Position numbers and translations under genes: made by a program. A stretch of DNA of 64,000 bases, taken from positions 580,542 to 644,541 of the forward strand of contig JACKDE010000003.1 of assembly GCA_020633675.1 (NCBI GenBank). The letters run 5' to 3'. This DNA comes from Deferribacteres bacterium (lineage in GTDB: Bacteria > Zhuqueibacterota > Zhuqueibacteria > Zhuqueibacterales > Geothermadaptataceae). The notes beneath the pieces are model-generated. The model ran no database searches. It was given only the letters and a program-made list of their open reading frames with translations, and was not told the DNA's origin. Below, in pieces: positions 8,561 through 18,622 of the stretch (position 1 is the first letter of the stretch; every line of letters starts with the position of its first letter).

Positions 8561-10627
8561 CTAATTCTTCTCTTTGACGTCACCACGTGCGAAGATACTG
8601 GCAACGTAGTTCAACACATCGGTTGCGCTCTCATCGTTGTAGCCGAAATATTTGATCATTCTCGACTTCACGACATCGATTTTCTCCTGTGTCTCTTTAT
8701 CGACCACATTGGAAATCAAAGTCGTTAATTTGATCGAGTCTTTCTGATCTTCGAACAGCTTGAGTTCAAGCGCTTTTTGCAAACGTTCATTCGAACGATA
8801 ATCGAAGGATTTGCCTTCCAACGCCAGCGCACCGATGTAATTCATAATTTCGCGCCGGAAGTCATCTTTTCGGCTCTCAGGGATATCGATTTTGAGTTCG
8901 ATTGAGCGCATCAACCGTTCATCCGGTTCCTCGTCAGCGCCCGTATATGGATTTTTCACGCGCTGTTTTTGGGTGTACGCTTTGACATTGTCAATGTAAT
9001 TGCCGCACAGGCGTTTGAGCGCTTCCTCATCAGCAGCGATCGCGCGTTGTACTTCATTTTTTACGATATCGGAGTATTCCTCTTTTACCACCGAAAGCAA
9101 TTCGCGATAACGTTTGCGCTGGTCTTCATTTGTGATCAAAGAATGGTGCTTCAAGCCATCTTCAAGCTCGTTCAGCACCATAAACGGATTGATGCTGTTC
9201 TTCGCGGTTTCATTGACAAGCGCGTTGGAGATTTTGTCTTGAATGTATCGTGGCGAAATGCCCTCCAGCCCTTCACGTGCGGATTCGGAGCGCAACTCTT
9301 TGATATTGTCTTCGGTGTAGCCCGGCAGCGATTTGCCATTGTAAAGTTTGAGTTTCTGCAGTAGCGTCAGGTTGGCTTTTTTAGGCTCTTCCAAACGCGT
9401 CAGCACGGCCCACATGGCTGCCATCTCGATGGTGTGCGGCGCGATATGCTTGCCAAGTACTTTTTCGTTGTTAAAATCTTTTTGGTAGATTTTGATTTCG
9501 TCTTCAAGGCGCGTAATGTACGGCACATCGATTTTGACTGTACGGTCACGCAGGGCCTCCATGAACTCATTCGATTGCAGCTTGCGATATTCCGGCTCAT
9601 TGGTATGGCCAATAATCACCTCATCGATATCAGTCTGAGCAAACTTTTTGGGTTTGATTTTATGCTCTTGCGAGGCACTCAACAAATCGTAGAGGAACGC
9701 CACATCGAGCTTGAGCACTTCGATGAATTCGATGATGCCGCGATTGGCAATGTTGAATTCGCCATCAAAATTGAAAGCGCGCGGATCGGAATCCGAGCCA
9801 TAAATGGCGATTTTCCGGTAATTGATATCGCCGGTCAGTTCAGTCGAGTCCTGATTTTTTTCATCCTTAGGCTGGAAGGTGCCGATGCCGACACGATCCT
9901 TTTCGGAGAGCATCAAGCGTCGAACTTTGACGTCTTCCAGCACTTTGATCCAGTCACCTTCATACTTCTTTAAAAATTCGCGAAAGTTCTGCCGGCAGAA
10001 AGGACACAAATCGCCTTCAATGACAACTTTTGCACCGTCACTGCTGAGGTGATCGATAAACTGCAGACGGAAATTTTCAGGGATGAGCCGCAGCGGATCT
10101 TCATGCATCGGGCAATCGACCCACTCATCACGTTCGTTTTCGATACCGCGCCAGCTGAACGTATAGAGTGCCCCTTCAGCTGTTTTTGAGTACGCTTCGA
10201 GGCCTTTTTTCAGCAAACGCACGATGGTGCTTTTGGCCGAACCGACTGGCCCATGCAGCAGAAAAACCCGCTTTTCGGTGCCATATTTATTTGCAGCAGA
10301 TTTGAATAGATTGACGATTTTCATGAGCTGACGATCCAGGCCATAGACGGCGTCTTTGCCATCTTCAAACGGATCATCAAAAAAGTGGTAGTGAGTGATT
10401 TTTTCGCGGTACTCTTCGTAGGTTTTGGTGCCGTGTGACAGAATCATGTCATAGATGCGTTCGAAAGCAGAGCGGGTAACGGTTGGATTCTCTTTAATGA
10501 TATCGAGGTAATCTTCGAACGTGCCCTCCCAATGGAGTTCACGATACAAATCGGCTTCCTGAATTTGTCCGACAATTGATTTGATTTTGCCCTTTTTGGT
10601 TGCTGGGATTAGTTTTTCCTTTTCCAT
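8561..10627 (-). CDS. prkA: PrkA-family serine protein kinase (AAA-type N-domain)
   Basis: 688 aa. [12 protein letters not shown] is a Walker A motif, and the PrkA-typical segments [15 protein letters not shown] and EFIE.LK are present. It is the first gene of the conserved prkA-yeaH-spoVR triad. Confidence 0.9.
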   Translation of the reverse strand: MEKEKLIPATKKGKIKSIVGQIQEADLYRELHWEGTFEDYLDIIKENPTVTRSAFERIYDMILSHGTKTYEEYREKITHYHFFDDPFEDGKDAVYGLDRQLMKIVNLFKSAANKYGTEKRVFLLHGPVGSAKSTIVRLLKKGLEAYSKTAEGALYTFSWRGIENERDEWVDCPMHEDPLRLIPENFRLQFIDHLSSDGAKVVIEGDLCPFCRQNFREFLKKYEGDWIKVLEDVKVRRLMLSEKDRVGIGTFQPKDEKNQDSTELTGDINYRKIAIYGSDSDPRAFNFDGEFNIANRGIIEFIEVLKLDVAFLYDLLSASQEHKIKPKKFAQTDIDEVIIGHTNEPEYRKLQSNEFMEALRDRTVKIDVPYITRLEDEIKIYQKDFNNEKVLGKHIAPHTIEMAAMWAVLTRLEEPKKANLTLLQKLKLYNGKSLPGYTEDNIKELRSESAREGLEGISPRYIQDKISNALVNETAKNSINPFMVLNELEDGLKHHSLITNEDQRKRYRELLSVVKEEYSDIVKNEVQRAIAADEEALKRLCGNYIDNVKAYTQKQRVKNPYTGADEEPDERLMRSIELKIDIPESRKDDFRREIMNYIGALALEGKSFDYRSNERLQKALELKLFEDQKDSIKLTTLISNVVDKETQEKIDVVKSRMIKYFGYNDESATDVLNYVASIFARGDVKEKN

Positions 10628-11429
10628 TGTGATTTACCTCCGCATTAATTTTCTTCGAGCAACGAAGAGTTTAGCAGAACGGCGAAAAGCAGCTTACGCC
10701 GCTTTCCAACCATGCGATCTTTGGCGAACTTCCTTTCGCCACCCGCATCGCCCCAGGAACAATGTTCGCAATTGCCGGTGTTCGTTCTGCCCGAACCAAC
10801 AAGCAATCAAACAGGTATTCCTCCGGCGCTACGCCCCGCATTCAAAGCTGTCAAATTTTTGACCCGGCAAGCAATTCTATGATTCAAAGAACGCCATAGC
10901 GAATTCATGAGAAGCGGCATGAAAAATGTTAATATCACAGTACAAGCACATTCAATTCATACAGTTTCATCTCATCCGCGGCATGTTCAATATGGAAGCA
11001 AAATCAATCGTTTCAAAGTAAAATCTTGATTGAATTTGTGATTTGCTGTTGTATTCATGCCACAACACAAGGACGAATGAACACCATTTTTTGTGTCAGG
11101 AAAAAAAAAGCCGAAATTATTTCATTTCGACTTTTCCAAAGAACTGGTCGTTTTAATTGAGAATAGATAAGAATCCTGATAGAGTCAAGTAAAAAACTCG
11201 AAATTTAAGACGTTCACAATCCGTTTATTTTAACAACTTTAACGGATAGCAATTTTAGATTGTTCCCAGAATTTCTGTCTCTGTTTTTTCGTTGCTTATT
11301 AAGCTCAATTTTTGTAAATGACAGTTCTGACTTCATCCAATTATTGCAAATGGGGAACGGTGCTTGATTCTTTGCATCAAATGGATTGACTCGTCGCCGC
11401 TCTACTCAATCGTCCGAAGGGGGACAAGA

Positions 11430-12971
11430 ATGCTTTCCAAAGTTTTTAGTGCCGCAGTGCTCGGCATCGATGCCTATGTCGTAACCGTCGAAACCCACCT
11501 CGAAGGGCAGCTTCCGTACATTGCAATTGTTGGGTTGCCGGATGGAGCTGTAAAGGAATCCAAGGAACGCATAACCGCTGCGATCAAAAATTCAGGCTTG
11601 TACTTTCCTCAAAAAAGAGTTACTATCAATTTGGCGCCAGCGGACGTAAAAAAGGAGGGGTCGGCATTTGACTTGCCGATGGCGATCGGCATACTCGCTG
11701 CAGCAGGCAAAGTGAATCCCGCAAGACTACGCGAGTTTATTTTGATTGGCGAACTGTCGCTCGATGGCAGCTTGCAGGCTGCGCGCGGAGCGCTGCCAAT
11801 TACCATTTCCGCACAAAAAAATGCCAAAAAAGGTATCATTTTGCCTCCGCAGAACGCCCGTGAAGCTGCCATTGTCAATGATGTAGATGTTTACGGCCCA
11901 CGAACGCTGCAGGAAACCGTCGGATTTCTCAACGGCGATGTGCAGCTTCAGCCAATCCGGGTCGATATCAAAGCGCTCTTTTCACAACGACTTCAGCACC
12001 ACATCGATTTTTCGGACGTAAAGGGTCAGGAACACGTCAAGCGAGCGATGGAAGTCGCGGCTGCTGGTGGACATAATATTGTGATGATCGGGCCGCCAGG
12101 CTCCGGTAAAACCATGCTGGCCAAACGCTTCAGCACCATTCTGCCAGACATGACACTCGAAGAGGCGTTGGAGACCACCAAAATTTACTCGGTAGCCGGG
12201 CTGCTGCCCAAGGATTCGGCTCTGATTGCCACGAGGCAATTTCGGGCTCCGCATCACACCATCAGCGACGCCGGGCTGATCGGTGGCGGCAAAATCCCAC
12301 GGCCGGGCGAGGTGAGTCTGGCACACCATGGTGTGCTTTTTCTCGACGAACTACCGGAATTCAAAAAGCATGTACTCGAAGTGATGCGGCAACCTTTGGA
12401 AGACGGCAGCGTAACGATCTCTCGAGCAATGTTATCGTTAACCTACCCGGCGAATTTTTTGCTTGTGGCTGCCATGAATCCATGCCCGTGCGGCTACAGC
12501 ACCGATCCATCAAACGATTGTTCTTGCAATCCACCTACAATCCAGCGCTACCTGAGCCGGATCAGCGGACCGCTTTTCGACCGGATCGATATTCACATTG
12601 AAGTGCCGTCGGTCAAATATAAGGAGTTGTCTTCAAAAGAAGTGGGTGAAAACTCACTGCAAATTCGCCAGCGTATCGTCGCAGCCCGACAGGTCCAGCA
12701 GGCACGGTATCAAAATTTACCGCATATGTATTGTAACGCGCATATTGGATCTAAGGAGATCAGACAATTTTGCCGCTTTGACGAATTCGGCGAAGCGCTG
12801 TTGCGAACGGCCATAAACAAACTCGGGCTTTCTGCCCGGGCTTATGACCGTATATTGAAAGTGGCCCGCACCATCGCTGATCTGGCACATTCGCCGAAAA
12901 TCGAACGGGAACACATCAGTGAAGCGATTCAATATCGCAGTTTGGATAGAAATTTCGGGATCACCCTATAA
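11430..12971 (+). CDS. comM: YifB/ComM family Mg-chelatase-like ATPase
   Basis: Begins MLSKVFSAAVLGIDAYVV.VE, then a Lon-like domain, Walker A GPPGSGKTMLA, LFLDELPEF, and a zinc-finger-like CPCGY...C.C segment. A good SD (aaggggga) precedes the ATG at 11430. The longer ORF from 11364 is probably an over-extension. Confidence 0.9.
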   Translation: MLSKVFSAAVLGIDAYVVTVETHLEGQLPYIAIVGLPDGAVKESKERITAAIKNSGLYFPQKRVTINLAPADVKKEGSAFDLPMAIGILAAAGKVNPARLREFILIGELSLDGSLQAARGALPITISAQKNAKKGIILPPQNAREAAIVNDVDVYGPRTLQETVGFLNGDVQLQPIRVDIKALFSQRLQHHIDFSDVKGQEHVKRAMEVAAAGGHNIVMIGPPGSGKTMLAKRFSTILPDMTLEEALETTKIYSVAGLLPKDSALIATRQFRAPHHTISDAGLIGGGKIPRPGEVSLAHHGVLFLDELPEFKKHVLEVMRQPLEDGSVTISRAMLSLTYPANFLLVAAMNPCPCGYSTDPSNDCSCNPPTIQRYLSRISGPLFDRIDIHIEVPSVKYKELSSKEVGENSLQIRQRIVAARQVQQARYQNLPHMYCNAHIGSKEIRQFCRFDEFGEALLRTAINKLGLSARAYDRILKVARTIADLAHSPKIEREHISEAIQYRSLDRNFGITL

Positions 12972-12991
12972 CATCATGCAGGATATCCACC

Positions 12992-13336
12992 ATGGACATG
13001 ATATCATCCAACATCGCAATGTATCTCATCACGGCCATCCTCACGGTGCTTTTTTTATTGCAACTTTGGGCAATCTTCCGTATCAAGGAAATGCTACGGC
13101 AGGTTACTGAAATTTTTAGATTTGTTCGTGCCGGCACCCTCGCATCGAAATACAATTTCAGACGTTTTGACGCTACGCCGGATCGGATTTGTGAAAACTG
13201 CCGTTTCAGAAAAACCTATTTTTCCAACGAACCAAAATTTGAAATCTACTTCCACTGTAAAAAGCACGACAAACCAATCGCCCTCAATGAAACATGCCAT
13301 CTGTTTGAATTAGATGAGCAAAACAAAGAAACCTGA
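12992..13336 (+). CDS. Hypothetical single-pass membrane protein with a Cys-rich (CxxC...C...C) C-terminal module
   Basis: 114 aa. The N-terminal TM segment is IAMYLITAILTVLFLLQLWAIF, followed by CENCRF...HCKKH...ETCH. It lies directly upstream of the STAS gene, with its stop at 13334-13336 and the next ATG at 13338. Confidence 0.45.
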   Translation: MDMISSNIAMYLITAILTVLFLLQLWAIFRIKEMLRQVTEIFRFVRAGTLASKYNFRRFDATPDRICENCRFRKTYFSNEPKFEIYFHCKKHDKPIALNETCHLFELDEQNKET

Positions 13337-13337
13337 T

Positions 13338-13700
13338 ATGACGACCAAACAATACGAGACCTTTGCTGTTCGCCAAAGAGATAGTTTCGCGATTATCTCG
13401 ATTCTCGAAAAACGTATTTACATGCAAATGGCAGAAAAGTTTAAGGATGAGATTTCCGATTTTCTGAAGGGTGGGGTGGAAAAGATCATAATCGATCTTT
13501 CTGAAGTGAGCGTAATGAACAGCGCGGCCTTAGGAGTGCTGATCGCGCTGCAAAACGATATTGAAAATCGGCAGGGCAAGCTGAGCGTTGTCGGCCTGCA
13601 ACCACTGATGGAAGAAATATTTTACCGAATGAGACTGGAATTGCTGTTTGCAATCGATCCATCAATCGATGCAGCGATTGCAAAACACACCAACGTATAA
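13338..13700 (+). CDS. STAS-domain protein (anti-sigma-factor antagonist, SpoIIAA-like)
   Basis: The pattern ILEKRIYMQMAEKFKDEI...G.EKIIIDLSEVSVMNSAALGVLIAL... is the STAS fold pattern, with the conserved Ser in the MNSAALG context. Confidence 0.75.
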   Translation: MTTKQYETFAVRQRDSFAIISILEKRIYMQMAEKFKDEISDFLKGGVEKIIIDLSEVSVMNSAALGVLIALQNDIENRQGKLSVVGLQPLMEEIFYRMRLELLFAIDPSIDAAIAKHTNV

Positions 13701-14044
13701 AAAAATCCCCACATCAACTGTTGCATCAAAGAGCCGCGCCAAGCACGGTGGGCACCGCCTGAGCGCTTTTTACGTCCACATGATCCCGACGAATCGGGAT
13801 GAGGCATGTAATACACGCGCAGAGCTAAGCTCCCATTTTAAAGGTGTTGGTCTTTGATATAACTAAAGCTGATGCAGGGAATCTTTTCTTTCTGCGTCTG
13901 TCGAAAATTTATCAATCTATTCTCCAATGTCAAGAGAAATTCTTGCTTGCCAGCCGATTCAATCCTCATCTACCACGCTCAACTTGCTGGATCAAATGCT
14001 TTCAAATACATACATAACAACTGTAAAAACAAGCTATAAAAAAC

Positions 14045-15265
14045 ATGATCCAAAAACCTGCTTTTTCCAAAAACTATTTCTTCAGCACCGGTATATTGAT
14101 TTCAATCATCAATTCAGTTCTTTTCAGTATCCCAGATATTTGCGGACAAACAATGGAATCCACTCAAAGAATGCGGGCTCGCGATGCAGGTGTCGAAATT
14201 GGCATTTTAAAACCCGGGCTCCACAACGCGATCACCGACGTTGAAGGTGTGCGTGTCGGTCATGAAACTCTCGTGATTGGCGATTCAATTCGCACGGGCG
14301 TCACGGCTATCCTGCCTCAACCGGGCAATTTGTTCCGGAACAAACTGCCGGCCGCCATACACATCGGCAATGGCTTCGGCAAGCTGACGGGCTACACCCA
14401 GGTGCATGAGCTTGGTGAAATCGAAGCACCCATTTTGTTGACCAATACATTGAATGTACCGCGTGTTGCCGATGCGCTGATTTCACATATGCTGGCGCTG
14501 CCCGGCAATGAAAATGTGCGATCAATCAATGTGGTTGTTGGCGAAACCAATGATGGCTACTTGAATGACATCCGCGGCCGCCATGTCGGTGTTTCGCACG
14601 TTGAAAATGCACTCAGAAATGCCAGTAGCGGACCGGTCGCAGAGGGTAGTGTCGGCGCAGGAACCGGAACGCGCTGCCTGGGTTTTAAAGGTGGTATCGG
14701 CACAGCTTCGCGTGTATTGCCGCCATCGCTCGGCGGCTATACCATCGGCGTACTGGTGCAGAGCAATTTCGGTGGCCTGCTGCAGATCAACGGCGCACCG
14801 GCAGGACGCGAACTCGGGACCCTGCCGTTCGGCAGGCATCTGCCCTACCCTGACGGCGACGGCTCCATTATGGTGGTCGTGGCTACCGATGCAGCACTGT
14901 CCTCGCGCAATCTCGAACGACTGGCTGCCCGCGCCATGCTTGGCATTTCGCGAACAGGTGGCTACGCATCCAACGGCAGCGGCGATTATGTCATCGCTTT
15001 CTCGACGGTGAGCAAAAAGCAGCGCGATGAAGTGTTCGAGCAGGGCAAATCACGCATTTTATCCAACGATGACATGTCGCCCTTGTTTTTTGCGGTTGTA
15101 GAAGCAACCGAAGAAGCGATTATCAATTCGCTGTTTATGGCGACGACGATAAAAGGCCGCAGCGGCAACATGACTGAAGCACTACCAATTCCCGAAACCA
15201 TCGACATTTTGAAAAAATACAATGCCTTGCACCACAACGAAACACTCCCGTCCTGGAGGAAATAA
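14045..15265 (+). CDS. P1/S58-family peptidase (DmpA/BapA-like L-aminopeptidase/D-esterase), secreted
   Basis: ITDV.GV.VGH.T......TGVTAIL and later VGAGTGT..LGFKGGIGT.S are typical of the DmpA family. An N-terminal hydrophobic signal is present. Confidence 0.75.
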   Translation: MIQKPAFSKNYFFSTGILISIINSVLFSIPDICGQTMESTQRMRARDAGVEIGILKPGLHNAITDVEGVRVGHETLVIGDSIRTGVTAILPQPGNLFRNKLPAAIHIGNGFGKLTGYTQVHELGEIEAPILLTNTLNVPRVADALISHMLALPGNENVRSINVVVGETNDGYLNDIRGRHVGVSHVENALRNASSGPVAEGSVGAGTGTRCLGFKGGIGTASRVLPPSLGGYTIGVLVQSNFGGLLQINGAPAGRELGTLPFGRHLPYPDGDGSIMVVVATDAALSSRNLERLAARAMLGISRTGGYASNGSGDYVIAFSTVSKKQRDEVFEQGKSRILSNDDMSPLFFAVVEATEEAIINSLFMATTIKGRSGNMTEALPIPETIDILKKYNALHHNETLPSWRK

Positions 15266-15489
15266 TGCCCAGCCAATCGATCGGCAAATTGCTCATCATA
15301 ATTGGTTGCGCCTGCTTGCTGCTGGGTGTATTGCTCTATTTTGGCAAATTCCCAGGATTTCTTGGCAAGCTGCCCGGTGATATTCGCATCGAGCGACCCA
15401 ATTTTAGCTTTTATTTTCCGATTGGCACCAGTATATTAGTCAGTGTTCTTTTGTCGCTTATCTTCTATATCCTTTCTCGATTTAAATGA
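15265..15489 (+). CDS. DUF2905 family small membrane protein
   Basis: A 74 aa two-TM protein with the LPGDI..E motif characteristic of DUF2905. Its start overlaps the upstream stop by 1 nt (TAATG). Confidence 0.65.
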   Translation: MPSQSIGKLLIIIGCACLLLGVLLYFGKFPGFLGKLPGDIRIERPNFSFYFPIGTSILVSVLLSLIFYILSRFK

Positions 15490-15498
15490 GTCGGTACG

Positions 15499-17019
15499 AT
15501 GAAAAAAGCCTTCTTGACCACTGTTGCAGTTTTAAGCGGTTTGGCTGCTTCATTGTTTGCACAGCCACCGCTCCCGTTGGATGACCTCGTGAAGCGCACA
15601 GCTTTGTCTTTCACTTCAGCTCAAAATACCCTGCACCCCGCCCTGCCTCCTGCATTTGATAAAAACCTTTCTATGCCCTCCTTGCCTATTGCACTGATCA
15701 GCGCCGAGCATTTCTCCAAAACCAACACGAAGACCTCATTCAAAACTTCGGTCTTGCAGCAATCAGCTGATGTGGATCGCAGCAAAAGCATTTTGCTAAT
15801 TGAAGTCACCGGTGTGATCAATCCGGTTTCTGCGGAGTACATCACTGATGCCGTTGACCGTGCCGAAGATGAAGAATTCCACGCGTTGATATTGCAAATA
15901 GATACGCCGGGTGGCTTGCTTGAATCGACCCGGCAAATCACCAAAAAATTTCTTGGCGCACGGGTGCCGATCGTCGTGTATGTCGCCCCAACCGGCGCGC
16001 GCTCGGCCTCTGCCGGTGTGTTTATCTGCTACTCCGCCCACCTGGTCGCGATGGCGCCATCGACCAATATCGGTGCAGCACATCCGGTTAATCTCGGCGG
16101 TGGCACAGGTGCTGATTCGACTCAAAATGCCATGATGGACAAAGTGACCAATGACGCGGTTGCGCAGATTAAAACCATGGCAGAAAAGCGCGGTCGCAAT
16201 CCCGAGTGGGCTGAGCAGGCCGTGCGTGAAAGCGTCTCTATTACCGAAAGCGAGGCGCTGGCAAACAACGTCATCAATTTCATCGCCCCCACCCTGGACA
16301 GCCTGCTGATGCAACTCGATGGCCAAACAGTCCAGACCGAGAATGGCGAAATGACGCTGGCAACAAAAGATGCTGAGGTGGTCTCCAGCCCGATGAGCTG
16401 GCGCGACCGCATTCTCGATATGCTGTCCAATCCAAATCTGGCCTACATTTTTCTGATGCTCGGCATCTACGGCATCTTTTTTGAATTGTCCAATCCCGGC
16501 GCGATCTTCCCCGGCGTTGTTGGCGCGATTTTGCTGATTTTGGCTTTTTATTCGATGCAAACGTTGCCGGTCAATTACGCCGGCCTGCTGCTGATTCTGC
16601 TGGCTTTGCTGCTCTTCATTCTGGAAGTCAAAATCACCAGTTACGGCTTGCTCACCATCGCCGGTATTGTCGCGATGGCAATCGGTTCGTTGATGTTGTT
16701 TAAATCACCCGAAAATTTTATGAGCCCAATGGTTCAGGTGTCTATGGAAATTGTGATTATTTTTACGGTAATGTCGGCTGGCTTTTTCATCATCGCGTTG
16801 ACGTTTGCATTTCGTGCCCAGTCCCGCAAAGTGACAACGGGTGCGGAAGGCCTGGTTGGCGAATTTGGTGAAGCCAGATCAGACATCGGCCCGAAAGGCA
16901 GTGTGTCGGTGCATGGCGAAATCTGGTCGGCCTACTCCGATCAGGACATCAGCAAAGGTGACCGGATTCAAGTGATCTCTGTTGAAGGACTGCGCTTGAA
17001 AATCAGCAAAGCATCTTGA
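15499..17019 (+). CDS. NfeD-family membrane-bound serine protease (ClpP class) with a C-terminal OB-fold
   Basis: Signal peptide, then a ClpP-like domain (IDTPGG...SAGVFI), four or five TM helices, and the C-terminal NfeD OB domain (G.V.V.GE.WSA.S...I..GD.I.V). Confidence 0.85.
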   Translation: MKKAFLTTVAVLSGLAASLFAQPPLPLDDLVKRTALSFTSAQNTLHPALPPAFDKNLSMPSLPIALISAEHFSKTNTKTSFKTSVLQQSADVDRSKSILLIEVTGVINPVSAEYITDAVDRAEDEEFHALILQIDTPGGLLESTRQITKKFLGARVPIVVYVAPTGARSASAGVFICYSAHLVAMAPSTNIGAAHPVNLGGGTGADSTQNAMMDKVTNDAVAQIKTMAEKRGRNPEWAEQAVRESVSITESEALANNVINFIAPTLDSLLMQLDGQTVQTENGEMTLATKDAEVVSSPMSWRDRILDMLSNPNLAYIFLMLGIYGIFFELSNPGAIFPGVVGAILLILAFYSMQTLPVNYAGLLLILLALLLFILEVKITSYGLLTIAGIVAMAIGSLMLFKSPENFMSPMVQVSMEIVIIFTVMSAGFFIIALTFAFRAQSRKVTTGAEGLVGEFGEARSDIGPKGSVSVHGEIWSAYSDQDISKGDRIQVISVEGLRLKISKAS

Positions 17020-17101
17020 TTTCGGAACAATCTGTTTGAAGCAAATCCGATTCGGTATAATGCTGCCGAACGGAGATTTTGACAAGGTAAAGGAGGAAAA
17101 A

Positions 17102-17854
17102 ATGCAATTTTTGCCGATTGTGATTTTTATCGTGCTGGTGCTCGCCAGCGCACTTAAAGTGCTCAGAGAATACGAACGCGGTGTTGTTTTCCGACTCGGC
17201 CGTTTGATTGCGACTAAAGGTCCTGGCCTGATTTTTCTGATTCCATTTATCGACCGCATGGTGCGTGTCAGCTTGCGCACGGTGGCGATGGACGTGCCGC
17301 CGCAGGACATCATCACCAAAGACAATGTCTCGATCAAAGTGAATGCGGTACTCTATTTCCGCGCCATCGATCCATCCAAAGCCATTGTCGAGGTGGAAGA
17401 TTACCTGTTTGCCACCTCCCAGCTTGCACAAACCACTCTGCGCTCGGTGCTGGGCCAAGTGGAGCTTGACGAGCTGCTGTCGCATCGCGAAAAAATTAAT
17501 GATCAGTTGCAGGAAATCATCGATATGCAGACCGATCCATGGGGTGTGAAAGTGTCGCTGGTGGAAATCAAGCACGTCGATTTGCCGCAGGAAATGCAGC
17601 GCGCTATGGCCAAGCAGGCCGAGGCCGAGCGCGAGCGCCGCGCCAAAATCATCCACGCTGAAGGTGAACAGCAGGCATCGCAGAAGCTCTACGAAGCTGC
17701 CGCGATCATCAGCCAGGATCCGTCGGCGATCCAGTTGCGCTATTTGCAAACTTTGACAGAAATCGCCTCGGAAAACAACTCGACGACCATTTTCCCCATT
17801 CCCATTGAGCTGCTTGCACCGTTTATCGATAAGTTGAAAGCGCAGAAAGAGTAG
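17102..17854 (+). CDS. SPFH/band-7 (stomatin-like, slipin) protein, the canonical NfeD partner
   Basis: [12 protein letters not shown]......PGL.FLIPFID....V.LR......PQ..ITKDNV....AV.Y.R is the stomatin signature. The SD aaggagg precedes the ATG at 17102. Confidence 0.9.
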   Translation: MQFLPIVIFIVLVLASALKVLREYERGVVFRLGRLIATKGPGLIFLIPFIDRMVRVSLRTVAMDVPPQDIITKDNVSIKVNAVLYFRAIDPSKAIVEVEDYLFATSQLAQTTLRSVLGQVELDELLSHREKINDQLQEIIDMQTDPWGVKVSLVEIKHVDLPQEMQRAMAKQAEAERERRAKIIHAEGEQQASQKLYEAAAIISQDPSAIQLRYLQTLTEIASENNSTTIFPIPIELLAPFIDKLKAQKE

Positions 17855-18145
17855 CATTTTCCGTTGCCCGGGATTGTCCCAAAACATAAGAACCGCCATT
17901 CAAGCGAACACAAAAGCCCATAAAAAACAGCTTTTTATGTATCACAAATTTCGTTAGAATGACATAAAATGAAAGCTTTGAGACAACCCCGGGCTGATAT
18001 CTGTTTGGCAACACTACTCTCTCGGAGGTTCCCTCTTTTCGCCAAACCCTCCGCATCATTTTTCTCCATATCGGAAATTTTCTCTCCTTATTCCACATAA
18101 CAAAGCAGTGATTGTGGCTTCAATGTATTTTTCAATAAAATTGTC

Positions 18146-18174
18146 TTGACATTTGCTGCTTCAACGGCTATCTT
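18146..18174 (+). promoter_or_regulatory. Sigma70-like promoter for the ilv-leu leader and operon
   Basis: TTGACA (18146-18151), an exact 17-nt spacer, then TATCTT (18169-18174), about 35 nt upstream of the leader ATG. Confidence 0.45.
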
Positions 18175-18209
18175 GGCCGCCAACATTTTTGATTGACCTG
18201 TTTAAAGCT

Positions 18210-18410
18210 ATGCAAAATACCCCAGCAACAATTTCGTTGATTCAGCCGCAAACTGCAGCAGATGCACAAATCAGCCTGACAGTCAGTGGTGTTTTGCTAT
18301 CTTTAACCGGCATACTCTTGTCCGCAGTGGGCATCAGCAGCCTGCTACTTAGCTCTCTACTACTCAGCGGGATTGCGCTCCTAATTAGCCTAATTATCCT
18401 ACTAGGCTAA
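18210..18410 (+). promoter_or_regulatory. Candidate Leu/Ile-rich leader peptide ORF of the ilv-leu operon (a small membrane protein is the alternative)
   Basis: 66 codons with 18 Leu, 9 Ile and 3 Val. The tail is SSLLLSSLLLSGIALLISLIILLG. Seven of the last 11 Leu codons are CTA. The stop lies 213 nt upstream of ilvD, and stems and a U-run lie in between. Confidence 0.45.
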
Positions 18411-18622
18411 GATCATACGGAAGCGAATCCTGACCCCTATCATGCCTTCGAGCATTTTTTACTCACAAAAATAGCACAATAGCAATCAGGACGCTTCCGG
18501 TGGAGCGGTAACATTTGTTGGTTTTTTTGCGTTATCGCATTGCGAAATCATCCGCGAAAAGAGCAGAAAAATAGAGTGCAAAAAAATAAACAGAGCGATA
18601 AGCACACCTTACCGGAGGCGAC

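Noticed and set aside
7805-8728. A long (307 aa) plus-strand ORF antisense to yeaH and prkA. Similar long antisense ORFs lie at 17003-17899, 15796-16560, 24554-25363, 20375-21025, 51823-52506, 61004-61759 and 62568-63701.
   Set aside because: Each lies entirely inside a confidently identified gene on the opposite strand. Their composition is low-complexity and Arg/His/Gly/Ala-rich, as expected for shadow frames of GC-rich coding DNA. None has an RBS.
10850-10863. A perfect 6-2-6 palindrome, GTCAAATTTTTGAC, upstream of prkA. It could be a regulator binding site.
   Set aside because: Palindromes with 6-bp arms are expected more than ten times by chance in 64 kb. This one is not repeated and matches no consensus that I can name with confidence.
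13779-13808. The hairpin catg-atcccga-cgaa-tcgggat-gagg-catg downstream of the STAS gene. A second hairpin, atcgccc...gggcgat, lies at about 2846-2878. Either might belong to the dispersed repeat family.
   Set aside because: Neither shares the GTCATTCTG/AGAATCT arms or any extended identity with the verified copies. They are probably independent local hairpins, such as 3'-end stabilisers.
18153-18209. A TTG-initiated N-terminal extension of the leader ORF (MLLQRLSWPPTFLIDLFKA).
   Set aside because: The TTG overlaps the predicted -35/-10 promoter region (18146-18174), so it would not be transcribed from that promoter. The ATG at 18210 is the first plausible start.
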